Under the pieces are notes generated by a model that searched no databases, had not been told where the DNA came from, and was given only the letters and a program-made list of their open reading frames with translations. From Nemertoderma westbladi (taxonomy: Eukaryota > Animalia > Xenacoelomorpha), in NCBI GenBank assembly GCA_032718475.1, contig JAUCBJ010007204.1:1-64000 (forward strand): a stretch of DNA of 64,000 nt, in the 5' to 3' direction. The number at the start of each line of letters is the position of its first letter. Positions within the stretch are counted from its first letter, which is position 1. A program made the translations under genes and the position numbers. Below are positions 55,929 through 64,000 of this stretch, one piece after another.

Positions 55929-58900
55929 GCCCCCTCACCCCAACTCCATTATGTTCCGCTACTCCCTGCCCCCTCACCCCAACTCCATTATGTTCCGCTA
56001 CTCCCTGCCCCCTCACCCCAACTCCATTATGTTCCACTACTCCCTGCCCCCTCAGCCCAACTCCATTATGTTCCGCTACTCCCCGCCCCCTCACCCCAAC
56101 TCCAATAAGTTCCACTACTCCCTGCCCCCTCACCCCAACTTCATTCTGTTCCACTACTCCCTGCCCCCTCAGCCCAACTCCATTATGTTCCGCTACTCCC
56201 CGCCCCCTCACCCCAACTCCAATAAGTTCCACTACTCCCTGCCCCCTCACCCCAACTCCATTATGTTCCGCTACTCCCTGCCCCCTCAGCCCAACTCCAT
56301 TATGTTCCGCTACTCCCCGCCCCCTCACCCCAACTCCAATAAGTTCCACTACTCCCTGCCCCCTCACCCCAACTTCATTCTGTTCCACTACTCCCTGCCC
56401 CCTCACCCCAACTCCATTATGTTCCGCTACTCCCTGCCCCCTCAGCCCAACTCCATTATGTTCCGCTACTCCCTGCCCCCTCAGCCCAACTCCATTATGT
56501 ACCACCACTCCCCGCCCCCTCACCCCAACTCCATTATGTTCCGCTACTCCCTGCCCCCTCAGCCCAACTCCATTATGTTCCGCTACTCCCCGCCCCCTCA
56601 CCCCAACTCCAATAAGTTCCACTACTCCCTGCCCCCTCACCCCAACTTCATTCTGTTCCACTACTCCCTGCCCCCTCAGCCCAACTCCATTATGTTCCGC
56701 TACTCCCCGCCCCCTCACCCCAACTCCAATAAGTTCCACTACTCCCTGCCCCCTCACCCCAACTCCATTATGTTCCGCTACTCCCTGCCCCCTCAGCCCA
56801 ACTCCATTATGTTCCGCTACTCCCCGCCCCCTCACCCCAACTCCAATAAGTTCCACTACTCCCTGCCCCCTCACCCCAACTTCATTCTGTTCCACTACTC
56901 CCTGCCCCCTCACCCCAACTCCATTATGTTCCGCTACTCCCTGCCCCCTCAGCCCAACTCCATTATGTTCCGCTACTCCCTGCCCCCTCAGCCCAACTCC
57001 ATTATGTACCACCACTCCCCGCCCCCTCACCCCAACTCCAATAAGTTCCACTACTCCCCGCCCCCTCACCCCAACTCCATTCTGTTCCACGACCCCTGCC
57101 CCCTCACCCCAACTCCATTCTGTTCCACAACCTCCTGCCCCCTCACCCCAACTCCATTAAGTTCCACTACTCCCCGCCCCCTCACCCCAACTCCATTCTC
57201 TTCCACTACTCCCTGCCCCCTCACCCCAACTCCAATAAGTTCCGCTACTCCCTGCCCCCTCACCCCAACTCCATTCTGTTTCACAACCTCCTGCCCCCTC
57301 ACCCCAACTCCAATAAGTTCCACTACTCCCCGCCCCCTCACCCCAACTCCATTCTGTTCCACGACCCCTGCCCCCTCACCCCAACTCCATTCTGTTCCAC
57401 AACCTCCTGCCCCCTCACCCCAACTCCATTAAGTTCCACTACTCCCCGCCCCCTCACCCCAACTCCATTAAGTTCCACAACCTCCTGCCCCCCTCAGCCC
57501 AACTCCATTCTGTTTCACAACCTCCTGCCCCCTCACCCCAACTCCAATAAGTTCCACTACTCCCCGCCCCCTCACCCCAACTCCATTCTGTTCCACGACC
57601 CCTGCCCCCTCACCCCAACTCCATTCTGTTCCACAACCTCCTGCCCCCTCACCCCAACTCCATTAAGTTCCACTACTCCCCGCCCCCTCACCCCAACTCC
57701 ATTAAGTTCCACAACCTCCTGCCCCCCTCAGCCCAACTCCATTCTGTTCCACTACTCCCTGCCCCCTCACCCCAACTCCATTCTGTTTCACAACCTCCTG
57801 CCCCCTCACCCCAACTCCATTAAGTTCCACTACTCCCCGCCCCCTCACCCCAACTCCAATAAGTTCCACTACTCCCCGCCCCCTCACCCCAACTCCATTC
57901 TGTTCCACGACCCCTGCCCCCTCACCCCAACTCCATTCTGTTCCACAACCTCCTGCCCCCTCACCCCAACTCCATTAAGTTCCACTACTCCCCGCCCCCT
58001 CACCCCAACTCCATTAAGTTCCACAACCTCCTGCCCCCCTCAGCCCAACTCCATTCTGTTCCACTACTCCCTGCCCCCTCACCCCAACTCCATTCTGTTT
58101 CACAACCTCCTGCCCCCTCACCCCAACTCCATTAAGTTCCACTACTCCCCGCCCCCTCACCCCAACTCCATTAAGTTCCACAACCTCCTGCCCCCCTCAG
58201 CCCAACTCCATTCTGTTCCACTACTCCTTGCCCCCTCACCCCAACTCCATTCTGTTCCACAACCTCCTGCCCCCTCACCCCAACTCCATTCTGTTCCACA
58301 ACCTCCTGGCCCCTCACCCCAACTCCATTAAGTTCCACTACTCCCCGCCCCCTCAGCCCAACTCCATTCTGTTCCACTACTCCCTGCCCCCTCACCCCAA
58401 CTCCATTCTGTTCCACAACCTCCTGCCCCCTCACCCCAACTCCATTCTGTTCCACAACCTCCTGCCCCCTCACCCCAACTCCATTCTGTTCCACAACCTA
58501 CTGCCCCCTCACCCCAACTCCATTAAGTTCCACTACTCCCCGGCCCCTCACCCCAACTCCATTCTGTTCCACAACCTCCTGCCCCCTCACCCCAACTCCA
58601 ATAAGTTCCACTACTCCCTGCCCCCTCACCCCAACTCCAATAAGTTCCACTACTCCCCGCCCCCTCACCCCTACTCCAATAAGTTCCACTACTCCCCGCC
58701 CCCTCACCCCAACTCCAATAAGTTCCACTACTCCCTGCCCCCTCACCCCAACTTCATTCTGTTCCACTACTCCCTGCCCCCTCACCCCAACTCCATTCTG
58801 TTCCACAACCTCCTGCCCCCTCACCCCAACTCCATTCTGTTCCACAACCTCCTGCCCCCTCACCCCAACTCCATTAAGTTCCACTACTCCCCGCCCCCTC

Positions 58901-61900
58901 ACCCCAACTCCATTCTGTTCCACAACCTCCTGCCCCTTCACCCCAACTCCATTATGTTCCGCTACTCCCTGCCCCCTCAGCCCTACTCCATTCTGTTCCA
59001 CTACTCCCTGCCCCCTCACCCCAACTCCATTCTGTTCCACAACCTCCTGCCCCCTCACCCCAACTCCATTCTGTTCCACAACCTCCTGCCCCCTCACCCC
59101 AACTCCATTCTGTTCCACAACCTCCTGCCCCCTCACCCCAACTCCATTAAGTTCCACTACTCCCCGCCCCCTCACCCCAACTCCATTCTGTTCCACAACC
59201 TCCTGCCCCCTCACCCCAACTCCAATAAGTTCCACTACTCCCTGCCCCCTCACCCCAACTCCAATAAGTTCCACTACTCCCCGCCCCCTCACCCTAACTC
59301 CAATAAGTTACACTTCTCCCCGCCCCCTCACCCCATCTCCATTCTGTTCCACAACCTCCTGCCCCCTCACCCCAACTCCAATAAGTTCCACTACTCCCTG
59401 CCCCCTCACCTCAACTCCAATAAGTTCCACTACTCCCCGCCCCCTCACCCTAACTCCAATAAGTTACACTTCTCCCCGCCCCCTCACCCCAACTCCATCC
59501 TGTTCCACAACCTCCTGCCCCCTCACCCCAACTCCAATAAGTTCCACTTCTCCCCGCCCCCTCACCCCAACTCCATTCTGTTCCACAACCTCCTGCCCCC
59601 TCACCCCAACTCCATTCTGTTCCACAACCTCCTGCCCCCTCACCCCAACTCCATTATGTTCCACAACCTCCTGCCCGTCACCCCAACTCCAATAAGTTCC
59701 ACTACTCCCTGCCCCCTCACCCCAACTCCAATAAGTTCCACTACTCCCCGCCCCCTCACCCCAACTCCATTCTGTTCCACAACCTCCTGCCCCGTCACCC
59801 CAACTCCAATAAGTTCCACTACTCCCTGCCCCCTAACCCCAACTCCAATAAGTTCCACTACTCCCTGCCCCCTCACCCCAACTCCAATAAGTTACACTAC
59901 TCCCTGCCCCCTCACCCCAACTCCAATAAGTTCCACTACTCCCTGCCCCCTCACCCCAACTCCAATAAGTTCCACTACTCCCTGCCCCCTCACCCCAACT
60001 CCAATAAGTTCCACTACTCCCCGCCCCCTCACCCCAACTCCATTCTGTTCCACAACCTCCTGCCCCCTCACCCCAACTCCAATAAGTTCCACTTCTCCCC
60101 GCCCCCTCACCCCAACTCCATTCTGTTCCACAACCTCCTGCCCCCTCACCCCAACTCCAATAAGTTCCACTACCCCCCGCCCCCTCACCCCAACTCCATT
60201 CTGTTCCACAACCTCCTGCCCCGTCACCCCAACTCCAATAAGTTCCACTACTCCCTGCCCCCTCACCCCAACTCCAATAAGTTCCACTTCTCCCCGCCCC
60301 CTCACCCCAACTCCATTCTGTTCCACAACCTCCTGCCCCCTCACCCCAACTCCAATAAGTTCCACTTCTCCCCGCCCCCTCACCCCAACTCCATTCTGTT
60401 CCACAACCTCCTGCCCCCTCACCCCAACTCCAATAAGTTCCACTACTCCCTGCCCCCTCACCCCAACTCCATTCTGTTCCACAACCTCCCGCCCCCTCAC
60501 CCCAACTCCATTCTGTTCCACAACCTCCTGCCCCCTCACCCCAACTCCAATAAGTTCCACTACTCCCTGCCCCCTCACCCCAACTCCATTCTGTTCCACA
60601 ACCTCCTGCCCCCTCACCCCAACTCCATTCTGTTCCACAACCTCCTGCCCCCTCACCCCAACTCCAATAAGTTCCACTACTCCCCGCCCCCTCACCCCAA
60701 CTCCATTAAGTTCCACTACTTCCCGCCCCCTCACCCCAACTCCATTCTGTTCCACAACCTCCTGCCCCCTCACCCCAACTCCATTCTGTTCCACAACCTC
60801 CTGCCCCCTCACCCCAACTCCAATAAGTTCCACTACTCCCTGCCCCCTCACCCCAACTCCAATAAGTTCCATTACTCCCTGCCCCCTCACCCCAACTCCA
60901 TTAAGTTCCACTTCTCCCCGCCCCCTCACCCCAACTCCATTCTGTTCCACAACCTCCTGCCCCCTCACCCCAACTCCAATAAGTTCCACTACTCCCTGCC
61001 CCCTCACCCCAACTCCATTCTGTTCCACAACCTCCTGCCCCCTCACCCCAACTCCATTATGTTCCACAACCTCCTGCCCCCTCACCCCAACTCCAATAAG
61101 TTCCACTTCTCCCCGCCCCCTCACCCCAACTTCATTCTGTTCCACTACTCCCTGCCCCCTCACCCCAACTCCATTCTGTTCCACAACCTCCTGCCCCCTC
61201 ACCCCAACTCCATTATGTTCCACAACCTCCTTCCCCCTCACCCCAACTCCAATAAGTTCCACTACTCCCTGCCCCCTCACCCAAACTCCATTCTGTTCCA
61301 CAACCTCCTGCCCCCTCACACCAACTCCAATAAGTTCCACTACTCCCTGCCCCCTCACCCCAACTCCATTCTGTTCCACAACCTCCTGCCCCCTCACCCC
61401 AACTCCATTCTGTTCCACAACCTCCTGCCCCCTCACCCCAACTCCAATAAGTTCCACTACTCCCTGCCCCCTCACCCCAACTCCATTCTGTTCCACAACC
61501 TCCTGCCCCCTCACCCCAACTCCAATAAGTTCCACTACTCCCTGCCCCCTCACCCCAACTCCATTCTGTTCCACAACCTCCTGCCCCCTCACCCCAACTC
61601 CAATAAGTTCCACTTCTCCCCGCCCCCTCACCCCAACTCCAATAAGTTCCACTACTCCCTGCCCCCTCACCCCAACTCCATTCTGTTCCACAACCTCCTG
61701 CCCCCTCACCCCAACTCCAATAAGTTCCACTACTCCCCGCCCACTCACCCCAACTCCATTCTCTTCCACTACTCCCTGCCCCCTCACCCCAACTCCATTC
61801 TGTTCCACAACCTCCTGCCCCCTCACCCCAACTCCAATAAGTTCCACTACTCCCTGCCCCCTCACCCCAACTCCATTCTGTTCCACAACCTCCTGCCCCC

Positions 61901-61990
61901 TCACGCCAACTCCATTCTGTTCCACAACCTCCCGCCCCCTCAAACCAACTTCATTCTACTCAACTCTTGCCCTCCTGACCCCAACTCAAA
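55929..61990. repeat. 39-bp C-rich minisatellite (CCCCTCACCCCAACTCCATTCTGTTCCACTACTCCCTGC), ~155 copies
   Basis: Directly visible; variant units form higher-order blocks. Confidence 0.97.
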
Positions 61991-62749
61991 TCCTCTCAAC
62001 TCCGTACCTGCCACCTCACCCCAACCACCCCCCCTCCTTCTCTAACCACTTCTCTCCCAATTCTTTGAGAACTGTTCCCGTTCCCTTATGTTCCATTCCA
62101 AACTGAATTTATGTTTTAAGACCAGAATCCCTATTCCGCAACACCTAATTACGTAGATTTCAATCTCATTAGTAAATTAAATTATTCAACACATTGAGTT
62201 GTAGACTTACAATTATGAAACACTTGACTGCATCTAATAAATTCTGGTGCTACCAATATTGTTAAATTATAACTCTGTGTAGATCGTAGGCCTAATAAAT
62301 ATTGATATTTCCGCTTAATTCTCTCGCATTAACAGCAATTAAAGAGTAAAATATAGTGTTAAAATTAATTTGTTATATCATTACTATTACTATTAAATTT
62401 CACTAACAGTTATTAATTGAATTGAGTTGGAATTATATTATCTACTGAATGATTTTATTATTGCAACAATAATTACAAGTATAATAATATTGTTCCGCCC
62501 ATATAAACAGACCATAATGGCGGATAACACAGGTCAGTTTGCTATAATTTAGTATGGGGCCAGACACGAAGTCCCTATGTTAGATTGAGTTATTAGCTGC
62601 TCAAAATCTAACACTAACGGCTGCGACAACTACTTGTAATTATTGACTCCATGACATTTGTGAGTTCGCAAAGGCTTCGCCTACTACTACGTGACTCACC
62701 CCATAAGTTGAATATTATTATTGAGTCATAAACACTAAACACACACAGA

Positions 62750-63693
62750 CAGGGCCGGATTTAGGCATAGGCCGAGTAGGCGTGCGGACTAGGGCCTCCC
62801 ATAAAAAGGGGGCCTCACACAAAAATACCATACCAGACATTTTTTAAATATAAATAACATTATTTTTTGAACTACAGTATTATCATATTCATATATTAAT
62901 CTAATATTTATATTATTATGTAAATATACAATTTTCGGAAATATCTTATCACACGCTAACAACTAAAATTTACAGAGCCTGTGCGTGCATGGCCTGTGTA
63001 AGGGCCTCCGGGCCAGAGGAGCCCAAAAAGGCTAGCCCTTAACAGAGACAAAACCAAGTCATTTCATAATATGCAATGCACTAAATAACTTTATGTTCAT
63101 TTAAATATTATGTTTGTTTGTGATCTATTATTTCTGGCAGTGGCAGTGGCGGAGGAGTTGTGTTTTTCGTATGAAAAAATGTCATTTCGAAATAATTGCC
63201 ATCAATGTTGAAACCTTCCCACCCCCACATAGAACAGCCTGTCTCAGGGTGTGCTTGTGTGGCGAGCCACGTAAGTCCAGGTGAGACTTTGCAAAGGCTC
63301 TTCTGGACTTACATACTGACAACAACAATGTCGGGCACGAAGGAAGCACACCAACTAACATTTCATTACGGTTTTCTGAATCGCTGATGTCATTTATGAT
63401 ATCAGTTTTAATATTTGGTGGAATATAGTCTGTCTGTTTACATTTTGGCGGACAAATTGGCAGACAGAGATTCCATGATAACTCGAGAACGGAAATAAAT
63501 TTCGATAAGCTGTTATCAGATTTGGAATCCTCATTAAATTACACTCTAGTTGTAATAAAAAACTAATTTCTGAATTTTTCACCAAAGGAGGCTACACACC
63601 CCCCCCCCCCCCTCAACCCTTAAAAAAAAATTTATTTGGGAGCCTTTCACAAAGTTATGGCTTAGGGACTCCCACAATCTAAATCCGGCCCTG
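62750..63693. mobile_element. hAT-type non-autonomous TIR element
   Basis: TIR CAGGGCCGGATTTAG / CTAAATCCGGCCCTG with GGGCC-type subterminal motifs. The 8-bp flanks match only 6/8 (CACACAGA vs AACACACA). Confidence 0.75.
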
Positions 63694-64000
63694 AACACAC
63701 ATCCCACAGCCTACAAACACTGACACAATGTCTATAATATTTGATTTATTGATTGTATGTATACGCAGCTACCTCTATACCAGTAAGTATTTTTTACTAT
63801 TTTACGATTAAACTCTAATGATAATTATAGAGCTGGTAGAGACACAGAGAAAATCCAACAGTCAATACAACAATGTGATTGAACAGTTTAGATAAAGATA
63901 TAAATAAATACAACGGACGCACTGCCGGTCTTTGCTATTAAGTTTATAGTGGAATTATAAACTAAATCAATGATTAGTATAAATTACGTCGGAAAGATTT

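Noticed and set aside
55855-62106. ORFs up to 1292 aa resembling extensin or mucin
   Set aside because: They arise from the 39-bp minisatellite; frames shift arbitrarily, with no signal peptide or unique domain.

Overview
A repeat-dense eukaryotic window, probably from an invertebrate animal. The centrepiece is a 15.3-kb LTR element (11093-26413) with near-identical 1.2-kb LTRs and a 5-bp ATGTG target-site duplication (TSD). Its ORF1 is a BEL/Pao-type Gag-protease. RT is absent, and only short in-frame remnants of RNase H and integrase remain. A separate intact 1417-aa ORF2 carries a DEDDy-type 3'-5' exonuclease-like domain, CCHC zinc knuckles and a basic tail. The element has no canonical tRNA primer-binding site (PBS). 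Instead, the bases just 3' of the 5' LTR are complementary to a site inside the LTR. This pairing is kept by compensatory changes in a second, diverged and truncated family member (27861-34319), suggesting Tf1-like self-priming. The window also holds an intronless STAT between two paralogous intronless GT32 (DXD) glycosyltransferases, two degraded RTE-type LINEs and a CR1-type endonuclease fragment. Smaller elements include an IS3EU-like foldback element with a nested hAT MITE, a small Penelope-like element with two minimal hammerhead motifs, and several tandem arrays (12, 18, ~21, 39 and 63 bp, and ~1.5 kb). All calls come from reading the sequence by eye; no database search or folding program was run.
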